This document shows, piece after piece, positions 1 to 8,632 of a DNA stretch of 36,789 nucleotides; the stretch's first letter is position 1, and each line of letters begins with the position of its first letter. Source of the stretch: Thermoanaerobaculia bacterium. Its GTDB lineage: Bacteria > Acidobacteriota > Thermoanaerobaculia > Multivoradales > JAHEKO01. The stretch is from positions 1-36,789 of the forward strand of contig JBFGLX010000003.1 in assembly GCA_041575955.1 (NCBI GenBank). The letters run 5' to 3'. A program made the translations under genes and the position numbers. Below the pieces are notes generated by a model. That model searched no databases and was not told the DNA's origin. It saw only the letters and a list, made by a program, of their open reading frames with translations.

Positions 1-732
1 CAGGCCGATCTCGACCGGGCCGCCGCCGAGCGCGATTCGCTCGCCGCGCGCCTGGCTCGCCAGGCGGAGGAGGCCGCGGTCGGCGAGCGGCAGGTGGCCT
101 TCTGGCGGCAGGAGGTCGAGGACCGGATCATCCGGGCGCCTTTCGACGGCGTCGTGGTGTCGAAGAACGCCCAGCCGGGCGAGATGATCTCGCCGGTCTC
201 GGCGGGCGGCGGCTTCACCCGCACCGGCATCTGCACGCTGGTGGACATGGGATCGCTGGAGATCGAGGTGGACGTCAACGAGGCCTACATCAACCGCGTG
301 GCGCCCGGCCAGCCGGTGGCGGCGACCCTGGACGCCTACTCCGACTGGAAGATCCCGGCGAGCGTGATCGCCATCGTGCCGACCGCCGACCGGCAGCGGG
401 CGACGGTGCGCGTGCGCGTCGGCTTCGATCGGCTCGACCCGCGGATCCTGCCCGACATGGGGGTCAAGGTGGCGTTCCAGGAGACCACCTCGGGCGAGGG
501 CGAGGACCGGCAGGCACGCGTCTCGGTGCCGGCGGCCGCCCTGTGGAGCGACGGCGGCAGCGACGTCGCCTGGGTGCTGGCGGGCGGGACCGTCGAGCGC
601 CGGGCGGTGGCGGTCGAGGAGGTGCGCGGCCAGGAGGCGCTCCTGTCGGCCGGTTTGAGCCCGGGGGAGCGGGTGGTGATCGAGCCTCCGGAGACGCTTT
701 CGGAGGGAGACCAGGTAAAGGAGGTAGCGTGA
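1..732 (+). CDS. Efflux membrane-fusion (HlyD/MFP) periplasmic adaptor, 5'-partial
   Basis: Frame is open from base 1. Contains IRAPFDGVV (lipoyl-like half), [16 protein letters not shown] and GLSPGERVV, typical of MFPs. Stop overlaps the next start (GTGA). Confidence 0.93.
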   Translation, partial: QADLDRAAAERDSLAARLARQAEEAAVGERQVAFWRQEVEDRIIRAPFDGVVVSKNAQPGEMISPVSAGGGFTRTGICTLVDMGSLEIEVDVNEAYINRVAPGQPVAATLDAYSDWKIPASVIAIVPTADRQRATVRVRVGFDRLDPRILPDMGVKVAFQETTSGEGEDRQARVSVPAAALWSDGGSDVAWVLAGGTVERRAVAVEEVRGQEALLSAGLSPGERVVIEPPETLSEGDQVKEVA

Positions 733-1427
733 GCTCGGACAATGGCCACCTGGTGGAGGCGCGAGGCATCGACAAGGTCTTCAAGCGCGGCGCCGAGAAG
801 ATCCACGTCCTCGGCGGCCTCGATCTCACCGTTCCGAAGGGTGAGTTCCTGGCGCTGATGGGCCCGTCGGGCTCGGGCAAGAGCACCCTGCTGAACCTGA
901 TCGGCGGCCTCGACCGGCCGACCAAGGGAACGATCGAGGTCGCCGGCCGGCGCATCGACAACCTCTCGGAGCGCCGGCTCGCGGAGTGGCGGGCGCGGCA
1001 CGTGGGGCTGGTCTTCCAGTTCTACAACCTGCTGCCGGTACTGAGCGCGGAGCGCAACGTCGAGCTGCCGCTGCTGCTGACCGCGCTGTCGAGGAAAAAG
1101 CGGCGCGAGCACGTCGCCACCGCACTGTCGGTGGTCGGTCTGGACCATCGCAGCCGGCACTATCCGCGTCAGCTGTCGGGTGGCGAGCAGCAGCGGGTGG
1201 GCATCGCGCGGGCGATCGTCACCGATCCGACGCTGCTGCTGTGCGACGAGCCGACCGGCGATCTCGACCGCAAGTCGAGCGACGGCGTGCTCGACCTGCT
1301 CGATACCCTCAACCGGGAGCAGGGCAAGACGATCGTCATGGTGACCCACGATCCGCACGCCGCCGCCCGCGCCACGCGCGTCCTCTATCTCGACAAGGGG
1401 CAGCTGACCACCGAGGCGGCGGCATGA
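729..1427 (+). CDS. ABC transporter ATP-binding protein (LolD/MacB-type), 232 aa
   Basis: Walker [10 protein letters not shown], signature LSGGEQQ, Walker [10 protein letters not shown]-loop VTHD. GTG at 729 follows AAGGAGGT. Confidence 0.96.
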   Translation: MSSDNGHLVEARGIDKVFKRGAEKIHVLGGLDLTVPKGEFLALMGPSGSGKSTLLNLIGGLDRPTKGTIEVAGRRIDNLSERRLAEWRARHVGLVFQFYNLLPVLSAERNVELPLLLTALSRKKRREHVATALSVVGLDHRSRHYPRQLSGGEQQRVGIARAIVTDPTLLLCDEPTGDLDRKSSDGVLDLLDTLNREQGKTIVMVTHDPHAAARATRVLYLDKGQLTTEAAA

Positions 1428-2575
1428 GGTTCTTCGGCCTGATCTGGAGCAACCTCAAGCGCAAGAAGCTGCGCACCGTGCTCACGATCCTGTCGATCCT
1501 GGTCGCCTTCGTGCTCTTCGGCTACCTCTCTGCCCTGCGCATGGCGTTCAGCCAAGGGGTCGAGGTGGCGGGGCAGGACCGGCTGGTGGTCCGCCACAAG
1601 GTGTCGATCATCCAGCTGCTGCCCGAGAGCTACGAGGAGCGCATGGAGCGGATCGAGGGCGTGGAGGACGCCACGTTCGCCACCTGGTTCGGCGGCAGCT
1701 ACAAGGATCCGAGAAACTTCTTCGCCAAGATGCCGGTCAAGCCGGAGGAGTTTCTCGAGATGTTCCCCGAGTTCGTCCTGACCGACGAAGAGCGGTCGGC
1801 GTGGCTCGAGACGCGCAGCGGCGCCATCGTCGGCCGGGCATTGGCCGATCGCTTCGGCTGGAAGGTCGGCGACCGCATTCCGATCGAGCCCGACATCTGG
1901 CGGCTCAAGGGAAGCGAGGGCGCCTGGGAGTTCGACCTGGTCGGCATCTACGACGGCGTCGAGAAGGCCACCGACACCACCCAGATGTTCTTCCGCCACG
2001 ATTTCTTCCACGAGAGCCGCCGGTACGGCAGCGGCGAGGTTGGGTGGTACTGGGTGAGGATCGGCGAGCCGGAGCGCGCGGCCGAGATCGCCCAGGCGAT
2101 CGATCGGGAGTTCGCCAACTCGCCGGCCGAGACCAAGACCGAGCCGGAGGGCGCCTTCGTGCAGGGCTTCGCCAACCAGGCGGGCAACATCGCCGCCATC
2201 ATCACCGCGATCCTCGGCGCCGTCTTCTTCACCATCCTGCTGGTCGCCGGCAACACCATGGCGCAGGCGGTGCGCGAGCGCACCGAGGAGCTCGGCACGC
2301 TCAAGGCGCTCGGCTTCACCCACCGCGGCGTCTCGCTGCTGGTGCTGGGCGAGTCCCTCCTGATCACCATGCTCGGCGGCTTGCTCGGGCTGGGGGTGGC
2401 CTGGCTGCTGATCTCGGGCGGCGATCCGTCGAGCGGCATGCTGCCGTTCTTCTACTTCCCGGTTCGGGACCGGCTGATCGGCCTCGCCCTGGCGCTGCTG
2501 CTCGGCCTCGCCGCGGGCACCTGGCCGGCCTGGCAGGCGCGGCGGCTGCAGATCGCCGAGGCGATGAGGAGATAG
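1424..2575 (+). CDS. ABC transporter permease (MacB/FtsX family), 383 aa
   Basis: ATGA overlap with the ATPase stop. N-terminal TM ([16 protein letters not shown]), large extracytoplasmic loop, [15 protein letters not shown] motif, C-terminal TMs. Confidence 0.93.
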   Translation: MRFFGLIWSNLKRKKLRTVLTILSILVAFVLFGYLSALRMAFSQGVEVAGQDRLVVRHKVSIIQLLPESYEERMERIEGVEDATFATWFGGSYKDPRNFFAKMPVKPEEFLEMFPEFVLTDEERSAWLETRSGAIVGRALADRFGWKVGDRIPIEPDIWRLKGSEGAWEFDLVGIYDGVEKATDTTQMFFRHDFFHESRRYGSGEVGWYWVRIGEPERAAEIAQAIDREFANSPAETKTEPEGAFVQGFANQAGNIAAIITAILGAVFFTILLVAGNTMAQAVRERTEELGTLKALGFTHRGVSLLVLGESLLITMLGGLLGLGVAWLLISGGDPSSGMLPFFYFPVRDRLIGLALALLLGLAAGTWPAWQARRLQIAEAMRR

Positions 2576-2580
2576 GGGCC

Positions 2581-3780
2581 ATGGCGCGACTCGTGAACTG
2601 GATCGCGCAGGTCGTCTCGGTGACCCGCTTCAGCCTGATGACGATCCCCGCGCGGCTCGGCTCGGCCGCCTCCGCCGCGTTCGGCATCGCCGGCGTGGTC
2701 GCGGTGATGGTCGGCGTGCTGTCGATCTCGCAGGGCATCCTCTACATGGTCAAGCAGTCCTCGGTGCCGGAGAACGCGCTGGTTCTCAGGAGCGGCGCCA
2801 ACAGCGAGCTGGTCAGCGGCCTCTCCGGCGCCGACGCGGAGGTCATCGCCGAAGGGCCCGGCATCCGCCGGTCCGACGACGGCCCGGCGTCTTCGCCCGA
2901 GCTCTTCCTGATCATCAACCTGCCCAAGCGCTCGACCGGCACCGACGCCAACGTGCCGCTGCGCGGCGTGAAGCCGGCCGCGTTCCAGGTGCGCGACCGG
3001 GTGCGGATCGTCGAGGGCAGGAGCTTCGAGTGGGGCCTCAACGAGCTGATCGTCGGCCGCGGCGCCGCGCAGGAGTTCGCCGGTCTGTCGGTCGGCGAGA
3101 CGGTCGAGGTGGGCGGCGAGCAGTGGCCGATCGTCGGCAAGTTCGAGGCCGGGGGCGGCATCGCGGAGTCCGAGATCTGGGCGGACGCGGCGCTCGTGCA
3201 GTCGGCCTACCGCCGCGGCAACAGCTACCAGGCGGTTTACACCAAGCTCGAAACCGCCGGCGCGTTCCAGGGCTTCAAGGATTCCTTGACGACCGATCCC
3301 CGACTGAACGTACGCGTGGTGCGCGAGGCCGAGTTCTACGACTCGCAGGCGCAGATGCTCACCACCCTGATCACCGGCATCGGTACGGTGATCGCGATCC
3401 TCATGGGCCTGGGAGCGGTGTTCGGCGCCCTCAACACGATGTACAACGCGGTCTCGACCCGGACCCGGGAGATCGCCACCCTGCGCGCGCTCGGCTTCAG
3501 GAGCGGCCCGGTGGTGTTCTCGGTGCTGTTCGAGTCGCTGCTTCTGGCCCTTGCCGGCGGCGTGATCGGCGGTGGCCTCGCCTATCTGGCCTTCGACGGC
3601 TTCCGCGCCGCGACCATCAACTGGACCAGCTTCAGCCAGATCGCCTTCGCGTTCGACGTCACGCCCGGGCTGATGCTGCAGGGCGTCGCCTACGCCGCGA
3701 TTCTGGGCCTCGTCGGCGGGCTCTTCCCGGCCATCCGCGCCGCCCGGCTGCCGATCTCGGCCGCCCTGCGCGAGCTCTAG
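2581..3780 (+). CDS. Second ABC transporter permease (MacB/FtsX family), 399 aa
   Basis: ATG lies 5 nt after the previous stop. RTREIATLRALGF and GGLFPAIRAARLPI motifs. Confidence 0.93.
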   Translation: MARLVNWIAQVVSVTRFSLMTIPARLGSAASAAFGIAGVVAVMVGVLSISQGILYMVKQSSVPENALVLRSGANSELVSGLSGADAEVIAEGPGIRRSDDGPASSPELFLIINLPKRSTGTDANVPLRGVKPAAFQVRDRVRIVEGRSFEWGLNELIVGRGAAQEFAGLSVGETVEVGGEQWPIVGKFEAGGGIAESEIWADAALVQSAYRRGNSYQAVYTKLETAGAFQGFKDSLTTDPRLNVRVVREAEFYDSQAQMLTTLITGIGTVIAILMGLGAVFGALNTMYNAVSTRTREIATLRALGFRSGPVVFSVLFESLLLALAGGVIGGGLAYLAFDGFRAATINWTSFSQIAFAFDVTPGLMLQGVAYAAILGLVGGLFPAIRAARLPISAALREL

Positions 3781-3873
3781 CCTGCTCGACCGGAGCGAAA
3801 TCCAGCAGATTCAGGTAGTTGCGGCATTGTGGGCGAAGGCTGGTGAGAAGGTCAGGCTGGCCCGACCTTCTAG
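3777..3873. repeat. Partial copy of the CTAG-ended palindromic repeat, followed by a second element end that forms a hairpin
   Basis: 3787-3860 closely matches the reverse complement of 10195-10268. AGAAGGTC (3846-3853) pairs with GACCTTCT (3864-3871). Lies between convergent genes. Confidence 0.85.
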
Positions 3874-5741
3874 CTCAGGAGCTCTCGCAGCCGCGTCAGG
3901 TAGCCGCGGGAGTCGTCCAGCCCGCCCGGGCGGCTGCGGGCGAGCCAGAGCTCGGGGAGCTCGTCGATGATCGACTGGAGGGGCTCGGCCAGCGCGCGCC
4001 GGGCGGCCACCGGCACCTGGGTCAGGCGGCGCCCGCGTCCCGCCTGCAGCCGCTCGAGGCCGAGCCGGCAGGCGAGCTCCAGGAGGCGCGCGGTCCAGTC
4101 GAGCTCGCGGGCGACCAGGGCGCGAGCGGCCCCCCGAGGGAGGTCGATGCTCGCCAGCCGATCGAGCGCCCGCTCGAGCCCGCGCCGGCCGAGGCCGTCG
4201 AAGCGCCGGTGCTCGAGCGTCTCCTCGGCCCGGATCAGGAGCTGGAAGAGGACGGTCGTGTTGCGGAGCTCGACCCCGGTCTCGGCGGGCGCCTCGCCGA
4301 GCGCCATCAGCGCCGAGACCAGCGAGGCGTCGGCGAGCTCGGGCACGTGCGTTTGCAGCAGCTCGCGCAGCGGCAGCGCCGCCGGATCGGCCGCTCGGGA
4401 AGCGTTCCAGGAGAACGCGGCGCCCGCGACGATGCCCGGATAGCTGATCGGCAGCGGCTGGAGATGGCCGAAATCGCCCCAGTCGGTGACCAGGTAGCCG
4501 GCCGCCTGCTGGGCGCGACCGGCGACGGCGGCGCGCGCCAGGTTGACCACGGCGTTGTCGACCCGGCCGCCGAGGCTCGACCAGCTGCTGGTTCCCGGAC
4601 AGACGTAGTAGTCGAGGCCGGCGGCGGCGAACGCGCGCGCCTCGTCGTCGAACGGATGGTCGGCCTCGTAGCCCCAGTCGAGCGCGATGACGTCGCCGGG
4701 CAGCCTGCCGATCAGGTCCGGCCGCCGCAGGATGATGTCGCCCCAGAACTGCATGCGCCGTCCCCAGGCGCCGACCAGGGCGTGGATCTCGCGCAGGAAG
4801 TCGAGGTAGACCTCTTCCTTGCCGCGCTCGGCGCAGGCCTGGGCCGAGCGGCCGGTGCCGAGGTCGAAGGTCTCGTCGAGACCGACGTTGACCAGGCGGC
4901 TGGTGAAGTTCGGCAAGAGCTGCTCGAACAGATCGTCGAGCAGGCGCAGGCTGCCCGGGTCGAGGGGGCAGAGGCTGAACGGCTCCCGGTGGCGGCCGAA
5001 CGGATGGCGGACGCCGTCGGGACGCTCGGCCAGGGGGCGGTAGGCGTCGTGGGACAGCCAGCGGTGGAAGTGTCCGAAGCTGTTCTGGTTGGGCACCAGC
5101 TCGACGAAGCGCCGGCGGCAGAAGGCGTCGAGCTCGCGCACGTCGCGCTCGGTGAGCGGGCTCGACGCCTGCCAGACCGCGTCGTGCCCGCGGTAGGCGA
5201 AGGTGTGCTCGGTGTAGAGCTGCAGCTGGTTGAACTTCAGGCCGGCCAGCAGCTCTACCAGCTCGAACAGGGTGTCGAGGCGCGGCACCCGGTTGCGGCT
5301 GACGTCGAGCATGAAGCCGCGGGCGGCGAAGTCCGGCGCGTCGACGATCTCGACGCACGGCAGGCGCCAGCGGTCGCCCCGTCGCCGGCCGGTGAGCCGC
5401 AGCCATTGGCTGAGGGTGGCGCCGCCGTAGGCCAGCCCGGCGGCGTCGGCCGCCACCAGGTCGACGCCGCTCGGCTCCACGCTCAGCCGGTAGCCCTGGG
5501 GCCCGAGCGGCTCGTCGACGTCGAGGGCCAGCCGCAGCTGCGCCGCGCCGCGACCGCTCGAAGAGCCGCCCATCGAGGGCTCGAGGCCCTGGGCGCGCAG
5601 GCTGCGCAGCAGCCCGTCGGCGGCGCCGGCCGCGGCGGCCGAGACGGCGATCCGGCAGCGCCGGTCGAGCCCGAGCTCGCCGGCCCGCGGACGGACCTCT
5701 CGGGGCCGGGGAAGCAGGAGCTCGACCGCCGGAGTGGCCAC
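3870..5741 (-). CDS. Glycoside hydrolase family 20 (beta-N-acetylhexosaminidase-like), 623 aa
   Basis: RGFMLDVSR, NQLQLYTEH, ELVPNQNSFGH and the catalytic DE pair in NVGLDET. No obvious signal peptide. Confidence 0.9.
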   Translation of the reverse strand: MATPAVELLLPRPREVRPRAGELGLDRRCRIAVSAAAAGAADGLLRSLRAQGLEPSMGGSSSGRGAAQLRLALDVDEPLGPQGYRLSVEPSGVDLVAADAAGLAYGGATLSQWLRLTGRRRGDRWRLPCVEIVDAPDFAARGFMLDVSRNRVPRLDTLFELVELLAGLKFNQLQLYTEHTFAYRGHDAVWQASSPLTERDVRELDAFCRRRFVELVPNQNSFGHFHRWLSHDAYRPLAERPDGVRHPFGRHREPFSLCPLDPGSLRLLDDLFEQLLPNFTSRLVNVGLDETFDLGTGRSAQACAERGKEEVYLDFLREIHALVGAWGRRMQFWGDIILRRPDLIGRLPGDVIALDWGYEADHPFDDEARAFAAAGLDYYVCPGTSSWSSLGGRVDNAVVNLARAAVAGRAQQAAGYLVTDWGDFGHLQPLPISYPGIVAGAAFSWNASRAADPAALPLRELLQTHVPELADASLVSALMALGEAPAETGVELRNTTVLFQLLIRAEETLEHRRFDGLGRRGLERALDRLASIDLPRGAARALVARELDWTARLLELACRLGLERLQAGRGRRLTQVPVAARRALAEPLQSIIDELPELWLARSRPGGLDDSRGYLTRLRELLS

Positions 5742-5745
5742 TCGC

Positions 5746-7068
5746 CTAACCGATGCGGACGGCCAGCACCGGCGGCAGGTTCTGGGCCGCGGTCATCCAG
5801 CTGGCGCCGCCGTCGGCCGAGGCGTAGACCGCGCCCTGCTCGGTGCCGAAGCAGAGCCCGAGCGGCCGGCGGCCGTCATGCGCGAACGCCTGGCGCAGGA
5901 CCGTGGCGTAGGCATCGGTGGGCAGTCCGTCGGTCAGCGGGCGCCAGCTCCGGCCCCGGTCGCGGGTCTCGTAGACCGCGATGCGCCCCTCGGGCGTCAC
6001 CCGATCGACGTCGGCCACCAGCGGAATGACGTAGGCGCGGTCGGGATCGTGCGGATCGGCGACCAGGGGAAAGCCGAAGTCGGACGGCAGGCCGTCGCCG
6101 ATGTCGATCCAGCTCAGACCGCCGTCGTCGGAGCGGTAGACGCCGCCGTGAAACTGCAGGTAGAAGGTCTGCGGCTCGACCGGCGAGCGCTCCATGTGGT
6201 GGACGCACAGCTGCAGGGTGTTGGCGCGCACCTCCTCGGGCAGGTAGCGCGCGACCAGCCCGTCGACGCCCCGCGACCAGCTGGCGCCGCCGTCCTCGGT
6301 GTGCCAGACGCCGACCGCCGACATCGCCACCGCTAGCCGCGCGGGATCGCCCGGCCAGGGGCAGATGGAGTGCAGGCAGAGGCCACCGGCGCCGCCCTGC
6401 CAGTCGGGGCGCGTCGGTTGGTCCCAGAGGGAGCGGTTGAGGGTCCAGCTCTCGCCGTTGTCGGTGCTCCGGAACAGGGCCGCCGGCGCTACCCCGGCCC
6501 AGATCTCGCCCTCGGCCTCGCCCGGCTGGATCACCCAGATGCGGCCGACCGCGGCGTCGGTGTCCGGTGGAAAGACCGGGCCCTGCGCCTGCTGCCACTC
6601 GTCGGCGAGATCGTCGGTCCAGCACAGTCGGGGGCCGAACTGGCCGTGGGTCACGGCGGCGAAGTAGCGCCCGCTCCGCCGGTCGCGAGTCACGATCTCG
6701 GCCGCCTCGCCCGCGAAGTGCCGCTGGTCGACCTCGAAACCGCCGCCCGGGTCGCCGCGCAGGACGAATAGGCCCTTACGGGTCGCGATCAGGATCTCGG
6801 TCGCCGGCGCGCCACCGGAGATCGCGTGCACGATGTAGAGCTCGTCACCCTCGCCGAGCGGCTGCTCGAGGCCGGCGCTGCGATCGTTGACGAACAGGCT
6901 GACGTGCTCGCGCAGCCGGCCGCGCTCGTCGAGCACCCAGCCGCGCAGCCGGGGCTGCTCGGCCTCGAGCGCCTTGATCGCGTCGCCGGCGGTGGCTCCC
7001 CGGACGCCGATCCGGTCCGCGCCGTCGGTGTAGCGAAGCAGCGGCGAAGGCAGAACGACGGTGGGCAC
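5746..7068 (-). CDS. MoaD/ThiS ubiquitin-like domain fused to a BNR/Asp-box beta-propeller (sialidase/Ycf48-like), 440 aa
   Basis: Residues 1-86 look like a beta-grasp domain ending VHAISGG. Asp-box repeats follow: STDNGESW, TEDGGASW, SDDGGLSW, TRDRGRSW, SADGGASW. Confidence 0.88.
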   Translation of the reverse strand: MPTVVLPSPLLRYTDGADRIGVRGATAGDAIKALEAEQPRLRGWVLDERGRLREHVSLFVNDRSAGLEQPLGEGDELYIVHAISGGAPATEILIATRKGLFVLRGDPGGGFEVDQRHFAGEAAEIVTRDRRSGRYFAAVTHGQFGPRLCWTDDLADEWQQAQGPVFPPDTDAAVGRIWVIQPGEAEGEIWAGVAPAALFRSTDNGESWTLNRSLWDQPTRPDWQGGAGGLCLHSICPWPGDPARLAVAMSAVGVWHTEDGGASWSRGVDGLVARYLPEEVRANTLQLCVHHMERSPVEPQTFYLQFHGGVYRSDDGGLSWIDIGDGLPSDFGFPLVADPHDPDRAYVIPLVADVDRVTPEGRIAVYETRDRGRSWRPLTDGLPTDAYATVLRQAFAHDGRRPLGLCFGTEQGAVYASADGGASWMTAAQNLPPVLAVRIG

Positions 7069-7078
7069 GGCGACCGGC

Positions 7079-7115
7079 AGTCTAGCACGGCGCCAGACGG
7101 TTTCTGGGGTAGGCT
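7079..7115. promoter_or_regulatory. Putative divergent promoter pair
   Basis: Minus-strand extended -10 TGCTAGACT (7087-7079) lies 10 nt before GTG 7068. Plus-strand TAGGCT (7110-7115) lies upstream of a purine-rich RBS and ATG 7137. Confidence 0.45.
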
Positions 7116-7136
7116 AGCGACCTCTGGAAGGGGGCC

Positions 7137-8465
7137 ATGGCGGGCAAGAAGCTTGTTCTGATCGTCGACGACGAACCCGGCATCCTGACGACCCTGGCGG
7201 GCGTGCTGTCGGATGAAGGCTACGCGACCGTCTGCACCGGCAGCGGCGGCGAGGCGCTCGACCTCTACGGTCGCGATCGCCCCGACGTGGTGCTGCTCGA
7301 CGTCTGGCTTCCCGACCACGACGGGCTCGAAACCCTGCAGGCGCTGCGCGAGGCCGACCCGACCGCGGCGGTGATCATGATGTCGGGCCACGGCACCGCC
7401 TCGACCGCGGTCAAGGCGATCAAGATGGGCGCCTACGACTACGTCGAGAAGCCGCTGTCCTACAGCCGGACGGTGGAGGCGGTCGAGGGCGCCCTCGAGT
7501 ACCGCCGGTCGGTGGCGTCCGACCGTGAGCTCCTGACCTCGCTCGAGAAGACCAAGGACCGCCTCGAGACGCCTCCCGACCTGAGCGGACCGCCGATTTT
7601 CCGGCTGGTGGAGCGATCCTCGCTGCCGCAGAAGACCATCGCCCGCAGCACCGTCATCTACGGCCTGGGGCTGCACTCGGGGAGCCGCACCGGCATGGCC
7701 ATCCAGCCGCTGCCCGCCGACACCGGCATCCATTTCATGATCCTGCCGACCAACACCCACGTTCCGGGACACGTCGCCGCGGTCGCGGAGACCGACTACG
7801 CGACCACCCTGGCCAACGACGGCGAGAGCATCAAGACGGTCGAGCACTTCCTGTCGGCGGTGCACGCGCTCGGCATCACCAACCTGCTGATCAAGGTGCA
7901 CGGCGAGATCCCGGTGCTCGACGGCTCGGCGCTCGAGTTCTGCAAGACGCTCGAAGAGGTGGGGATCGACGTACAGCCCGAGCGGCGCCGCGAGATCGTC
8001 ATCGACCGGGTCTACGAAGTGGTCGGCGAGGGCGAGAAGCGACTCACCCTGGAGCCCGACGACGGTTTCGCGATCTCGTATCTGCTGCGCTATCCGCCGC
8101 CGATCGGGGAGCAGCGCTACGAGTTCCGGCTGTCGAGCTTCTCGGCCTACAAGGAGCAGATCGCGCCGGCACGGACCTTCGGCTTCATGCGCGACCTGAA
8201 GATGATGTCGGAGCTCGGCCTGGGCTCGGGCGGCCGGCTCGACAACTGCATCCTGGTCGGCGAGGACAACGTGATCAACACGGCGCTCCGGTTCCCCGAC
8301 GAGTTCGTGCGCCACAAGATCCTCGACATCATCGGCGACCTCTACCTGCTCGGCTTCCCGATTCGCGGCAAGGTGACGGCCCGGTTCACCGGCCACCGCG
8401 ACAACATCAGGATCCTGCGGACGGTGCTGGAGGAGAACGTGACCCCCGCCCCCGCGGGCTCCTAG
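7137..8465 (+). CDS. lpxC: Receiver (REC) domain-LpxC fusion (UDP-3-O-acyl-GlcNAc deacetylase), 442 aa
   Basis: REC motifs: IVDDE, LLDVW (phospho-Asp), MSGHG, VEKP. LpxC starts near residue 165: QKTI..GLGLHSG, TVEHFLSA, EIPVLDGSA, APARTFGF, FPDEFVRHKILDIIGDL, TGH. Confidence 0.93.
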   Translation: MAGKKLVLIVDDEPGILTTLAGVLSDEGYATVCTGSGGEALDLYGRDRPDVVLLDVWLPDHDGLETLQALREADPTAAVIMMSGHGTASTAVKAIKMGAYDYVEKPLSYSRTVEAVEGALEYRRSVASDRELLTSLEKTKDRLETPPDLSGPPIFRLVERSSLPQKTIARSTVIYGLGLHSGSRTGMAIQPLPADTGIHFMILPTNTHVPGHVAAVAETDYATTLANDGESIKTVEHFLSAVHALGITNLLIKVHGEIPVLDGSALEFCKTLEEVGIDVQPERRREIVIDRVYEVVGEGEKRLTLEPDDGFAISYLLRYPPPIGEQRYEFRLSSFSAYKEQIAPARTFGFMRDLKMMSELGLGSGGRLDNCILVGEDNVINTALRFPDEFVRHKILDIIGDLYLLGFPIRGKVTARFTGHRDNIRILRTVLEENVTPAPAGS

Positions 8466-8523
8466 CCGGGCTGGGCGAGTCCGGCCGGACTGGCCGGAAT
8501 GACGGCTCGAGGCGCCGAAATTC

Positions 8524-8548
8524 CGGCGACCGGCCCGCCGCTTTTTTT
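8524..8548 (+). terminator. Possible weak intrinsic terminator after REC-lpxC
   Basis: CGGCG-(7 nt)-CGCCG stem followed by C and a run of 7 T. Confidence 0.4.
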
Positions 8549-8606
8549 CCGCGCCGCCGGTTTTTACGGGTGCCGCCGCCTCGACTGGGAGCTCGGGCCT
8601 GGGAGT

Positions 8607-8632
8607 TTGCATAGACGTATCGCCATATGCAA
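8607..8632. promoter_or_regulatory. Palindromic putative operator TTGCATA-N12-TATGCAA
   Basis: Perfect 7-bp AT-rich inverted repeat in GC-rich DNA at the 5' end of the EAL gene. Confidence 0.4.

Noticed and set aside
3819-6029. 736-aa plus-strand ORF and other long antisense or alternate-frame ORFs (6789-8612, 10355-13639, 20689-22968, 24313-26217, 29176-31587, 33217-34707)
   Set aside because: They shadow well-supported genes, lack motifs, and are expected from stop-codon scarcity in GC-rich DNA.
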